Positions 26,028 to 40,138 of a DNA stretch of 64,000 nucleotides are shown here, piece after piece. The position numbers and the translations under genes were made by a program. The stretch's first letter is position 1. Every line of letters begins with the position of its first letter. Source of the DNA: the human T2T-CHM13v2.0 reference genome, Homo sapiens; the NCBI RefSeq assembly GCF_009914755.1, contig NC_060944.1; one strand, given 5' to 3'. The notes beneath the pieces are model-generated. The model was not told the origin of the DNA, did no database searches, and was given only the letters and a program-made list of their open reading frames with translations.

Positions 26028-29000
26028 CTCAATAAGTCAAAAGAAAGTTTGAACTCTGTGAGATGAATGCACACATCACAAGGAAGTTTCTCAGAAAGCT
26101 TCTGTCTAGTTTTTATGTGAAGATATTTCCTTTTTCACCATATGTCTCAAAACGCCTTCAAATATCCCTTTACAGATTCTACAAAAAGACTGTTTCCAAA
26201 CTGCTCAATCAAAGCAAAGTTTTAACTCTGTGAGATGAATGCACACATCTCAGAGAAGTTTCTCAGAAAGCTTCTGTATAGTTTTTTTGTAAAGATATTT
26301 CCTATTTCACCATAGGCCTCAAAGAGCTCAAAAATGTCTCCTTACAGATTCTACAAAAAGACTGTTTTTGAACTGGTGAATCAAAATAAATGTTCAACTC
26401 TGTGAGATGAATGTGTACATCCTAAAGAAGTTTCTCAGAAAGCTTCTTTATAGGTTTAGGTGAAGATATTTCCTTTTTCACCATAAGCCTGAAAGCATTC
26501 ACAGATATCACTTTGCAGATTGTACAAAAAGACGGTTTAAAAACTACTCAATCAAAACAAAAGTTCAACTATGTGAAATGAATGCACACATCACAAAGAG
26601 GTTTCTCAGAAAGCTTCTGTTTATATTTTATTTGTGGATAATTCCTTTTTCACCATAGGTTTCAAACCGCTCACAAATATTCCTTGCAGTTTCTAAAAAA
26701 GACTGTTTTCACACTACTCAATCAAAAGAGAGGTTCAACTCTGTGACATGAACACACACATCACAAAGAAGTTTCTCAGAAACCTTCTGTCTAGTTTTTA
26801 TGTGAAGATAATTCCTTTTTCAACATAGGCCTCAATGGGCTCAAAAATATCCCTATGCAGATTCTACAAAAAGACTGTTTCCAAACTTCTCAATCAAAAG
26901 GAAGATTCAACTCTGTGAGATGAATGCACACATCACAAAGAAGTTTCTCAGAGATCTTCTGTCTAGATATTATTTGTGGATATTTCCTCTTTCACCATAG
27001 GCCTCAAAGGGCTCATAGATATCCCTTTGCAGATTCTACAAAAACACTGTTTCCAAACTGCTCAATCTAAAGAAGGGTTCAACACTGTGAGCTGAATGCA
27101 CACATCACAAAGAAGTTTCTCAGAATGTTTCTGTCTAGTTTTTATGTGAAGATATTTCCTTTTACACCATAGGCCTCAAATTGCTAAAAAATGTCCCTGT
27201 GCAGATTCTACATAAGGACTGTTTCCAAACTGCTCAATGAAAGGAAAGGTTCAACTCTGTGAGATGAAAACACACAACATGACGAAGTTTCTCAGAATGC
27301 TTCTGTCTAGTTTTTTTGTGAAGATCTTCCCTTTTTCACCATAAATCTCAAATTGTTCACAAATATCACTTTGCAGATTATACAAAAAGACAGCTCCCAA
27401 ACTGCTCAATCAAAACAAAGATTCAACTCTGTGAGATGAATGCACACATCACAAAGAAGTTTCTCAGAAAGCTTCTGTCTAGTTTTTATGTGAAGATATT
27501 TCCTTTTCCAGTAGAGGCTGCAAAGCGCTCTAAATATCCACTTGCAGATTCTTCAAAAAGAGTGTTTCAAAACTGCTCAATCAAAAGAAAGGTTCAACTC
27601 TGTGAGATAAATGCACACATCACAAAGAAGTATCTCAGAATGCTTCTCTCTAGTTTTTATGTGAAGATATTTCCTTTTCCACAATAGGCCTCAAAGCACA
27701 CCAAATATCCACTTGCAGATTCTACAAAAAGTTGTTTCCAAACTGTTTTATCAAAGGAAGGTTCAACTCGGTGAGATGAATGAACACATCACAAAAATGT
27801 TTCTAACAAAGCTTCTGTCTAGGTTTTATGTGAAGATATTTCCTTTTTCACCATAGACCTCAAAACTCTCTCAAATGTCCCTTTGCAGATTCTACAAGAA
27901 GATGGTTTCCAAAGTTCTCCATCAAAAGGAAGGTTCATATCTGTGAGGTGAATGCACACATCACAAAGAATTTTGTCAGAAAGCTTCTGTCTAGTTGTTA
28001 TCAGATGATATTTCCTTTTTCACCATAAGCTTCAAAGCCTTCAGAAATATCAGTTTTCAGATTCTACAGAAAGTGTGTTTCCAAACTGCTCAATGAAAAG
28101 AAAAGTTCAACTCTGAGAGATGAATGCACACATCACAAAGAGGTTTCTCAGAAATCTTCTGTCTAGTTTTTATGTGAAGATATTTCCTTTTTCACCATAG
28201 GCCTCCTACCGCTCACAAATATCCCTTTGCAGATTCTACAAAAAGACTGTTTCCAAACTGCTCAATCAAGAGAACGGTTCAACTCTGTGACATAAATGCA
28301 TACGTCACAAAGAAGTTTCTCAGAAATATTCTGTATAGTTTTTATGTGAATATATTTATTTTCTCACAATATGCCTTAAGCCACTCACAAATATCCCTTT
28401 GCAGATGCTCCAAAAAGACGGTTTCCAAACTGTTCAATCAAAAGTAAAGTTCAACACTGTGAAATGAATGCACACATGACAAAGAAGTTTCTCAGAAAGC
28501 TTCTGTGTAGATTTTATTTGTGGATATTTCGTTTTTCACCATAAGCCTCAAACCACTCACAAATATCCCTTTGCGGAATCTACAAAAAGAATGTTTCCAA
28601 ACTGGTCAATCAACAGCAATGTTGAAATCTGTGAGACGAATGCACACATCACAAAAAAGCTTCTCAGAAAGTAATATCCCTTTGCAGAATCTACAAAAAG
28701 ACTGTTTCCAAACTTCTCAATCAACAGCAACGTTGAAATCTGTGAGATGAATGTACACATCACAAAAAAGCTTCTCAGAAAGTTTCTGTCTATTTTTTAT
28801 GTGAAGATATTTCCTTTTTCAACATAAGCCTCAAATCGTTCACAAATATCATTTTGAAGATTCTACAAAAAGACTGTTTCCAAACTGCTCAATCAAAAGA
28901 AAGGTTCAACTCCATGAGATGAATGCAGACATCATAAAGAAGTTTCTCAGGAATATTCTGTCTAGTATGTATTTGTAGACATTTCCCTTTTCACCATAGG

Positions 29001-32000
29001 GCTCAAACCACACACAAATATCCATTCGCAGATCTACAAAAGACTCTTTCCAAACAGCTCAATTAAAAGAAACGTTCAACTCTGTGAGATGAATGCACAC
29101 ATCAAATAGAAGTTTCTCAGAAAGCTTCTGTCTAGTTTTTATATGAATATATTTCCTTTTTCACCATTAGCCTAAAAGCTTTCAAAAATGTCCCTTTGCA
29201 GATTCTACAGAAAGACTGTTTCCTAACTGCTCAATCAAAATATTGGTTCAAAACTGTGAGATACATGCTGACATCACAAAGAAGTTTCTCAGAAAGATTC
29301 TGTCTAGTTTTTACCTGAATATATTTACTTTCTCACCTTAGGCCTCAAACCGCTCACAAATATCCCTTTGCGGATGTTCCAAAAAGACAATTTACAAACT
29401 GCTCAATCAAAAGAAAGTTTCAACACTGTGATATGAATGCTCACATCACAAAAAAGTGTCTCAGAAATCTTCTGTCTAGATTTTATTTGTGGATATTTCC
29501 TTTTTCACCATAAGCCATAAACCACTTAAAAATATCCCTTTGCAGATTCTACAAAAAGACAATTTACAAAATGTTCAATCAAAAGAAAGTTTCAACTCTG
29601 TGAGATGAATCCTCACATCACAAAAAAAGTGTCTCAGAAAGCTTCTGTCTAGATTTTATTTGTGGATATTTCCTTTTTCACCATAAGCCATAAACTGCTT
29701 AAGAAATCCCTTTGAAGATTCTACAAAAAGTCTGTTTCTAAACTGCTCAATCAAAATGATGGTTCAACAATGTGAGTCGAATGCACACATCACAAAGAAG
29801 TTTCACAGAAAGATTCTGTCCAGATTTTATTAGTGGATATTTCCTTTTTCACCATAAGCCTGAAAGGGCTCACAAATATCCCTTGGCAGAATCTTCAAAA
29901 AGACTGCTTACAAACTGCTCAATCAAAAGAAATGTTCAGCTCTGTGTGATGAATGCACACATCACAAAGAAGATTCTCAGAATCATTCTGTCTAATTTTT
30001 ATGTAAAGACATTTCATTTTTCATGATAGGTGTCAACCGCCTACGTATATCCCTCTGCAGATTTTTCAAAAAGACTGTTTCCAAACTGCTCAATCAGAAG
30101 AAAGGTTCCACTCTGTGAGATGAATGCACACATCACAAAGAAGTTTCTCAGAAAGGTGTTGTCTAGTTTTTATGTGAAGACAATTCCTTTTTCACCATAA
30201 GCCTCAAAGCATTCACAAATTTCACTTTGCATATTCTACAAAAAGACTGTTTCAAAACTGCTCAATCCAAAGAAACTTTCAATTTTGTGAGTTGAATGCA
30301 CACATCACCAAGACGCTTCTCAGAACTCTTCTGTCTAGATTTTATTTGTGGATATTTCCTTTTTCACCACAGGCCTCAAGCCGTTCAGAAATGTCCATTT
30401 CAGAATCTACAAAAAGACTGCTTCCAAACTGCTCTATCTAAAGAAAGGTTACACACTGTGAGATGAATGCACACAACACAAAGTAGTTTCTCCAAAAGTT
30501 TTGTCCGGTTTTCATGTGAAGATATTTCCTTTCTCACCATAGGCCTCAAACCACTCACAAATATCCCTTTGTAGATTCTCCATAAAGACTGTTTCCAAAC
30601 TACAATGCACACATCACAAAGAAGTTTCTCAGAAAGCTTCTGTCTAGTTTTTATGTGAATATATTTTCTTTCTCACCATAGGCCTCAAACCACTCACAAA
30701 TATCCCTTTGTAGATGCTCCATAAAGACTGTTTCCAAACTGCTCAATCAAAAGAAAATTTCAACTCTGTGTGATGAATGCACACATCACAAATAAATTTC
30801 TCAGAAATGTTCTGTCTAGTTTTTATGTGATGGTATTTCCTTTTTCACCATAGTCCTTAGGCCGCCTACATATATATATCCCTTTGCATATACTACAAAA
30901 AGACTGTTTCCAAACTGCTCAATCAAAAGAATGGTTCAACTCTGTGAGACGAATGCATATTTAAGCAAGAAGTTTCCCAGAAATTTTCTGTCTAGTTTTT
31001 ATGTGAAGATATTTCCTTTTTCACCATAAGCCTCAAAGAGTTCACAAATATTTCTTTGCAGATTCTACGAAAAGACTGTTTCCAAACTGCTCAATCAAAA
31101 CAAAGTTTCAACTTTGTGAGATGAATGCACACATCACAAGGAAGCTTCTCAGAAATTTTCTGTCTAGGTTTTATTAGTGATATGAAGATATTTCCTTTTT
31201 CACCATAAACCTCAAAGCACTCACAAATGTCCCTTTGAAGATTCTACATAAAGACTCTTTCCAAAATGCTCAATCAGAATAAAGGTTCAAATCTCCGAGA
31301 TGAATGTACACATCTCCAAGAAGTTTCCCAGAATGCTTCTGTCTAGTTTTTAAGTGAAGATATTTCCTTTTTCACCATAAGCCTCTAAGCTTTCACAAAC
31401 ATCGCTTTGCAGATTCTACAAAAATACAGTTTCCAAACTGCTTCATCAAAAGGAAAGTTCAACTCTAAGATTAATGCACAAATCACAAAGAAGTTTCTCA
31501 GAAAGTTTCTGTCTAGATTTTATTTGTGGATATTTACTTTCTCACCATAGACATCAAACTGCTCACAAAAATCCCTTCACAGAATCTGCAAAAAGACTGT
31601 TTCCAAACTGCTCAATCAAAAGAAAGTTTTAACTCTGAGAGCCAAATGCTCACATCACACAGAAGTTTATCAGAAAGTTTCTGTCTAGTCTTAATGTGAG
31701 GATATTTCTGTTTTCACCATAAGCCTCAAAGTGTTCAAAAATATTCCATGCAGATTCTACAAAAAGAGTGTTTCCAAACTGCTCAATCAAAAGAATTGTT
31801 CAACTATGTGAGATGAATGTACATATCACAAAGAAGTTTCTCAGAACGCTTGTATCTAACATTTATGTGAAGATATTTTCTTTTTCACCATAGGCATCAA
31901 AGCGTTCACAAGCATCACTTTGCAGATTCTACAAAATGACTGCTTCCAAACTGCTCAATGAAAATAAAGGTCAAGCTCTGTGAGCTGAATGCACACATCA

Positions 32001-35000
32001 CAATGAAGTATCTCAGAAAGCTTCAGCCTAATTTTTATGTGAAGATATTTCCTATTTCAACATAGGCCTCAGATGCACACTAATGTCCCTTTGCAGTTTC
32101 TAGAAAAATATTGTTTCCAAACTCCTCAATCAAAACAAAGGTTCAATTCTGTGAGATGAATGCAAACATCAAAAAGAAGTTTCTCATAAAGCTTCTGTCT
32201 ACATTTTATTTGTGGATATTTCCTTTTTCACAGTAGGCCTCAAAGTGTTCACAAATGTCCCTTTGTAGATTCTACAAAAAGACTGTTTCCAAACTGCTAA
32301 ACCAAAAGAAAGGTTCAACTCTATGAGGTGAACGCACACATCACAAAGAAGTTTCTCAGAAAGCTTCTGTCTATTTTTTATGTGAACATATTTCCCTTTT
32401 CACCATAAGCCTCAAAGCATAAACAAATATCACTTTGCAGATTCTACAAAAAGACTGCTTCCAAAGTGCTCCATCAAAACGAAGATTAAATTCTCTGAGA
32501 TGAATGCACACATCATGAAGTAGTTTCTCAGAATGCTTCTGCCTAGTTTTTATGTGAAGATATTTCTTTTTCACCATAGGCCTCAGGCGCACACAAATGT
32601 CCTTATGCAGATTCTACAAAAACACAGTTTCCAAACTGCTCAATCAAAAGAAAGGTTCAACTCTGTGGGATGAATGCACACATCACAAAGAAGTATCTCA
32701 GAATGCTTCTGTCTAGTTTTAATGTGAAGATATTTCCTCTTTGACCACGTGCCTCAAACTGCCTACAATTATCCCTTTGTAGATTCTAGAAAAAGACTGT
32801 TTCCAAACTGCTCAATCAAAAGAAAGTTTCAACTCTGTGAGGTGCATGAACACATCACAAATAAGTTTCTCAGAAAGCTTCTGTCTAGTTTTTATGTGAA
32901 GATATTTCCTTTTTCACCATAGGCCTCAAACAGTCTACAAATACACCTTTGCAGAATCTACAAAAAGACTGTTTCCAAACTGCTCAATCAAAGCAAAGTT
33001 TCAAATCTGTGAGATGAATGCACACATCACAAAGAAGTTTCTCAGAATGTTTCTGTCTAGATTTTATTAGGGCAAATTTCCTTTTTCACCATAGGCCTCA
33101 AACCACTCCAAATATCCCTTGGCAGATCCTACAAAAATACTGTTTCCAAACTGCTCAATCAAAAGAAATTTTCAACTTTCTGTGATGAATGCACACATCA
33201 GAAACAAGTTTCTCAGTAGATTTCTCTCTGGTTTTTATGTGAAGATATTTCCTTTGTCACCATAAGTCTCAAAGCATTCACAAAAATCACTTTGCAGATT
33301 GTACAAAAAGACTTTTGCCAAACTGCTCAATGAAAAGAAAGGTTCAACTCTGTGACATGAAGGCACACATCATAAATAAGTTTCTCAGAAGGCTTCTCTC
33401 TAGTTTTTATGTGAAGATATTTCCTTTCTCACCATAGGCCTCAAACCGTTCACAAATATCCCTCTGCATATTCTACAAAAAGACTGTTTCCAAAGTGCTC
33501 AATCAAACAAAAGGTTCAATTCTGTGATACGAATGCACGCATCACAAAGAAGTTTCTCAGAAATCTTCCATCTAGTTTTTATGTGAAGATATTTCTTTTT
33601 CATCATAGGCCTCAAACCACTCAAAAATATCCTTCTGCAGATTCAACAAAAATTCTGCTTCCAAACTGTTCAAAGGAAAATTTCAACTGTGTGAGATGAA
33701 AGCACACATCAAAAAGAAGTTTGTCAGAATTCTTCTGTCTAGTTTTTATGTGAAGATATTTATTTTTCAGCATAGGCCTCAAACCACTCAGAAATATCCC
33801 ATTGCAGAAAGTATAAGAAGACTGTTTCCAAACTGCTCAATGAAAAGAAAGATTCAACTCTGTGACATGAATGCAAACATCACAAAAAGTTTCTCAAAAA
33901 CCTTCTAACTAGTTTTTATGTGAAGATATTTCCTTTATCACGATAGGCCTCAATCTGCTCACAATATCCCTATGCAGATTCTACAAAAAGACTGTTTCCA
34001 AACTACTCAATCAAAAGAAAGGTTCAATTCTGTGAGATGAAATCAAACATCAGAAAAGAAGATGCTCAAAAAGTTTCTGTCTAGTTTTTATGTGAAGATA
34101 TTTCCTATTTCACCATAGGCCTCAAAGGGCTCACAAATATCACTTCGCAGTTTCTAGAAAAAGACTGTTTCCAAACTGCTAAATCAAAAGAAAATTTCAA
34201 CACTGTGAGACGAATGTATACTTCACAAAGAAGTTTCTCACAATGCTTCTGTCCGGCTTTTATGTGAATATTTGCTTTTTCTTCAGAGCCCTCAAACCGC
34301 TCATGAATATCCCTCTACAAATCCTTCAAAAAGACTGCTTCCAAACTGCTCAAACAAAACAAATGTTGAACTCTGTGAGATGAATGCACACATCATGAAG
34401 AAGTTTCTTAGAAAGATTCTGCCTAGTTTTTATGTGAAGATATTTCCTTGTTCACCATAGGCCTCAAAGCGCTCCAAATATCCAATTGCACATTCTACTA
34501 AAAGACTTTTTCCAAACTGCTCAATCAAAAGAGAGGTTCAACTCTGTGAGATGAAAGCACACATCATAAAGAAGTTTCTCAGAAACATCTGTCTAGTTAG
34601 TTTTTATGTGAAGATAGTTCCTTTTTCACCATAGGCCTCAAAGGGCTCACAAGCATCCCTTTGCAGATTATACAAAAAGACTTTTTCCAAACTCCTCAAT
34701 CAAAAGAAATGTTCAAATCTGTAAGATGAATGCACACATCCCAAAGGAGACTCTCAGAATGCTTCTGTCTAGTTTTGGTATGAAAATATTTCTTTTTCAG
34801 CATAGGCCTCAAACCGCTCAGAAATATCCCTTTGCAGATTGTACAAAGAGACTGTTTCCAAACTGCTCAATGAAAAGAAAGGTTCAATTCTGTGACGTGA
34901 ATGCAAACATTACAAAGAAGTTTCTCAGAATGCTTTGGTCTAGTTTTTATGTGAAGGTATTACCTTTTTCACCATAGGCCTCAAACTGCTCACAAATATC

Positions 35001-36827
35001 CCTTTGCAGATTCTACAAAAAGACTGTTTGTAAACTGCTCAATGAAAAGAAGCTTTCAACTGTGTGAGATAAAAGCACACATCATGAAGACGTTTCTCAG
35101 AATCTTTCTGTCTAGTTTTTAGGTGAAGATATTTCCTTTTTCTCCATAGGCCTCAAATCTCTCCAAATATCCATTTGCAGATTCTACAAAAAGATTGTTT
35201 CCAAACTGCTCAATCAAAAGAAAGGTTCAACTCTGTGATATGAAAGCACACATCACAAAGAAGTTTCTCAGAAAGCTTCTGTCTGATTTTATGTGTAGAT
35301 ATTTCCTTTTTCAGAATAGGCCTCAGAGGGCTCAGAATTATTCCTTGCAGATTCTACAAAAAGACTGTTTCAAAACGGCTCAATCAAAACAAAGTTTCAA
35401 CTCTGTCAGAGGAATTTTTCCACCACTGCCCTCATAGTGTTACAAATATATATTTGCATATTCTATGAAGAGATTGTTTCCAAACTGCTCAATCAAAAGA
35501 AAGTTTCATCTCTGTGATATGAATGCACACATCACAAAGAATTTTCTTAGAAATCTTTTGTCTAATTTTTATTGGAAGATATTTCTTTTTCACCATAGGC
35601 CTTAAAGTGCTGCAAATATCTACTTGCAGATTCTATAAAAATACTGTTTCCAAACTGCTAAATCAAAGGAAAGTTCAACTGTGTGAGATGAATGCACACA
35701 TCACAAAGAAGTTTCTCAGAAAGCTTCTGTCTAGTTTTTATGTGAAGCCAGTTCCTATTTCAACCTTGTCTCAATGTGCTCCAAATATCCATTTGCAGAC
35801 TCTACAAAAAGACTGTTTCCAAACTGCTCAATCAAAAGAAAGGTTCAACTTTGTGAGATGAAAGAACACATCACAAAGAAGTTTCTCAGAAAGCATCTGT
35901 CTAGTTTTTATGTGAAGATATTTCCCGTTTCACCACAGACCTCAAAGGGCTCAAAATTATCCCTTTCCAGATTCTACAGAAAACAGCTTCCCAACTGCTC
36001 AATCAAAATAAAGGTTCAACTCTGTGAGAGGAAAGCATACATCCAAAAGAAGTTTCTCAGAAAGCTTCTGTCTAGTTTTTATGTGAAGATATTTCCTATT
36101 TCACCGTAGGCCTCAATGGGTTCACAAATATCCCTTTGCATATTCTACAAAAAGACTGTTTCCAAACTTTTCAGTCAAAAGAAAGTTTTAACTCTGTGTA
36201 ATGAGCGCACACATCAAAAAGATGTTTATGAGAATGCTTCTGTCTACTTTTCATGTGAAGATATTTCCTATTTCACCGTAGGCCTCAAAGTGCTCGCAAA
36301 TATCCCATTGCAGATTTTATAAAAAGACTCCTTCCAAGCTCCTCTATCTAAAGAAAGTTTCAACTCTGTGAGATGAATGAACACATCACAAATAAGTTTC
36401 TCATAATGCTTCTGTCTAGTTTTTATGTGAAGATATTTCTTTTTCACCATAGGGCTCAAACCACTCCGAAATATCCCTTTGCATATTGAACAAAAACATT
36501 ATTTCCAAACTGCTCAATGAAAAGAAAGGTTCAACTCTGTGAGTTGAATGCAAATATCATAAAAAAAGTTTCTCAGAAAGCATCTGTCTAGTTTTCATGT
36601 GAAGATATTTCCTTTTTCATCATAGGCCTCAAAGCCCACTAAATATCCTTTTGCAGATTATATGAAAAGACTGTTTCCAAACTGCTCAATCCAAAGAATG
36701 GTTCAACTCTCTGAAATGAAAGAACATACCACAAAGAAGTTTCTCAGAAAGCTTCTGTCTAGTTTTTATATGAAGATATTTCCTGTTTCACCATAGACCT
36801 CAAAGGGCTCTCAAGTATCCCTTTGCA
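26028..36827 (-). repeat. Monomeric alpha satellite
   Basis: Same reverse-orientation motifs as 1-5284; 171-bp periodicity. Confidence 0.98.
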
Positions 36828-37452
36828 ATTCTGTGAAGAAAGTCATTGGTATCTTGATGCAGATGGCATTGAATCTATAAATTACCTTGGGCAGTATGGC
36901 CATTTTCACTATATTGATTCTTCCTACCCATGAGCAAGGAATGTTCTTACATTTCTTTGTATCCTCTTTTATTTCATTGAGCAGTGGTTTGTAGTTCTCC
37001 TTGAGGAGGTTCTTCATGTCCCTTGTAAGTTGGATTCCTAGGTATTTTATTCTCTTTGAAGCTATGCAGCCATAAAAAATGATGAGTTCATGTCTTTGTA
37101 GGGACATGGATGAAATTGGAAATCATCTTTCTCAGTAAACTATCACAAGAACAAAAAAACAAACACCGCATATTCTCACTCATAGGTGGGAATTGAACAA
37201 TGAGAACACATGGACACAGGAAGGGGAACATCACACTCTGGGGACTGTTGTGGAGTGTGGGGAGGGGGGAGGGATAGCATTAGGAGATATACCTAATGCT
37301 AAATGACAACTTAATGGGTGCAACACACCAGCATGGCACATGTATACATATGTAACTAACCTGCACATTGTGCACATGTACTCTAAAACTTAAAGTATAA
37401 TAATAATAAAATAAAAATAAAAATAAAAATAAATAAAAAATAAGAAAAAAAA
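36826..37452 (+). mobile_element. 5'-inverted (twin-primed) truncated LINE-1, L1PA3-type
   Basis: 36826-37062 is antisense ORF2 (minus ORF ..[27 protein letters not shown]..). 37062-37452 is the sense ORF2 end, 3'UTR and A-rich tail. Degenerate TSD aagtatccctttgca / aaatacctttgca. Confidence 0.95.
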
Positions 37453-39977
37453 TACCTTTGCAGATTCCACAAACAGACTGTTTCCCAACTGCTCAATCAA
37501 AAGAAATGTTCAACTCTGTGAGATGAAAGCACACATCACAAAGCTGTTTCGCATAAAACTTCTGTCTAGTTTTCATGTGAAGATATTTCCTATTCCACCA
37601 TAGGCCTCAAAGGGCCCACAAATATCCCTTTGCAGATTCTACAAAAATACTGTTTCCAACTGCTCAATCAAAAGAAAGGTTCAACTCTTTGAGATAAGTG
37701 CACACATCACAAAAAAGTTTCTCGGAATGCTTCTGTATAGTTTTTATGTGAAGATATTTCTTTATCTCCATAGACCTCAAAACGCTCAGATATATCCCAC
37801 TGCAGATACTATGAAAAGACTGTTTCCAATCTGCTCAATCAAAAGAAAGCTTCTATGCTGTGAGAAGAAAGAACCCATTATAAGGAAGCTTCTCAGAATG
37901 CTTCTGTCTAATTTTCTGTGAAGATATTTCCTTTTTCACCATAGGCCGCAAACCTCTCACAAATATCCCTCTGCAGATAGTACAAAAAGACTCTTTCTGA
38001 ACTGTGCATTCACAAGAAAGGTTCTACTCTGTGAGATTAATACACACGTCAGAAATAAGTTTCTCAGAATGTTCTGTCTAGTTTTTATGTGAATATATTT
38101 CCTATTTCACTTTAGGCCTCAAAGGGCTGAAAAATATCCCTTTGCAGATTGTACAGTAAGACTGTTTCAGAACTGATCAATGAAAAGAAAGGTTCAACTT
38201 TGTGCAAGGAATGGACACATCACAAAGAAGTTTCTCAGAGTGCATCTGTCTAGTTATTATGTGAAGACATTTCTTTTACACCATAGGCCTCAAACCGCTC
38301 AGCAATATCCTGTTGCAGATTGTACAAAAAGACTGTTTCCAAACTGCTCCATCAAAACAAAGGTTCAACACTGTGAGATGAATGCACACTCTCTTTCTGA
38401 GAAACAAAGACTTTTCTCAGAACGCTTCTGTTTAGTTTTTATGTGAAGATATTTCCTTTTTCACCATAGGCCCCAAAGCGCTCCAAATATCCCTTTGCAG
38501 ATTCTACAAAAAGAGTGTTTCCAAACTGCTCAATCAAAAGAAAGATTCAACTCTGGGAGATGAATGCAAACATCACAAAGTAATTTCTCAGAATGCTTCT
38601 GTGTAGTTTTCATGTGAAGATATTTCCTTTTTCACCATAGGCCTTAAACTGCTAACAAATATCCCTCTGCACATAACACAAAAAGAGTGTTTCCAAACTG
38701 CTCAATCAAAAGAAAGGTTCAACTCTGTGACATGAAAGCACTCATCAAAAATAAGTTTCTCAGAAAGCTTCTGTCTAGTTTTTATGTGAAGATATTTCAT
38801 ATTTCACCATAGGCCTCAATGGGCTTAGAAATATGCCTTTGCAGATTGTCCAAAAAGACTCTTTCCAAACTGCTCAATCAAAGAAAAGGTTCAACATGTG
38901 AAGTGAAAGTGTACATCACAAAGAAGTTTCTCAGACGGTTTCTTTCTAGTTTTAATGTGAAGATATTTCCTTTTTCACCATATACCTCAGTGGGCTCAAA
39001 AATATCCCTTTGCAGATCCTACAAAAGGCCTCTTTCCAAACTGCTCTAACAAAGGAAAGTTTCAACTCTGTGAGATGAAAGCACACATCACAAATAAGTT
39101 TCTCAGAAAGCTTCTGTCTAGTTTTTATGTGAAGATATTTCCTATTTCACCTTAGGCCATAAAGGGATAACAAATATCCCTTTACAGAATCTACAAAAAG
39201 ACTGTTTCCAAACTTCTCCATCAAAAGAAAATTTCAACTCTATGAGATGAATGGATACATCACAAAGTACTTTCTCAGAAAGCTTCTGTCTAGTTTTTAT
39301 GTGAAGATATTTCTTTTTTACCATAGGCCTCAAACGTCTAAGAAATATCCCTTTGCAGATTGGACATAAAGACTGTTTCCAAACTGCTCAATCAAAAGAA
39401 AGTTTCAATTCTGTAAGAAGAAAACACACATCACAAAGAAGTTTCTTAGAAAGCTTCTGTCTAGTTTTTATGTGAAGACATTTCCTATTTCACCATAGGC
39501 CTCAATGGGCTCACAAATGTCCCTTTGCAGATTCTACAAAAGGACTCTTTCCAAACTGCTCAATCCAAGGAAAGTTTCAACCCTGTGACATGAATACACA
39601 CATCACAAAGAAGTTTCTCAGAATGCTTCTGTCTAGTTTTTATGTGAAGATATTTCCTCTTCACCATAGGCCTAAAACGCTGTAAATATCCACTTGCAGA
39701 TTCTACAAAAAGACTGTTTCCAACCTGCTCAATCAAAGAAAAGTTCAACTCTGTGAAATGAAAGCACACATCACAAAGAAGTTTCTCATAAAGTTTCTGT
39801 CCAGTTTTTATGTGAAGATATTCCCTATTTAACCATAGGCCTGAAAGGGCTCACAAATATCCTTTTGCATCTTCTACAAAAAGTCTGTTTCCAAACTGCT
39901 CAATCAAAAGAGAGGTTCAAATATGTGTAATGAATGCACACATCACAAAGAAGTTCCTCAGAATGCTTTTGTCTAGT
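37449..39977 (-). repeat. Monomeric alpha satellite
   Basis: 171-bp periodic alphoid motifs. Confidence 0.97.
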
Positions 39978-40138
39978 TTTTTTTTTTTTTTTTTTTTTTT
40001 TGAGATGGAGTCTCGCTCTGTGGCCCAGGCGGGAGTGCAGTGGCGCAATCTCGGCTCACTAAAAGCTCCGCCTCCCGGGTTCACGCCATTCTCCTGCCTC
40101 AGCCTCCCGAGTAGCTGGGACTACAGGCGCCCACCATC
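39977..40138 (-). mobile_element. 5'-truncated AluY (right arm only)
   Basis: poly(T) + gagatggagtctcgctctg...aagctccgcctcccgggttcacgccattctcc...actacaggcgccc (AluY diagnostics); no clear TSD. Confidence 0.93.
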
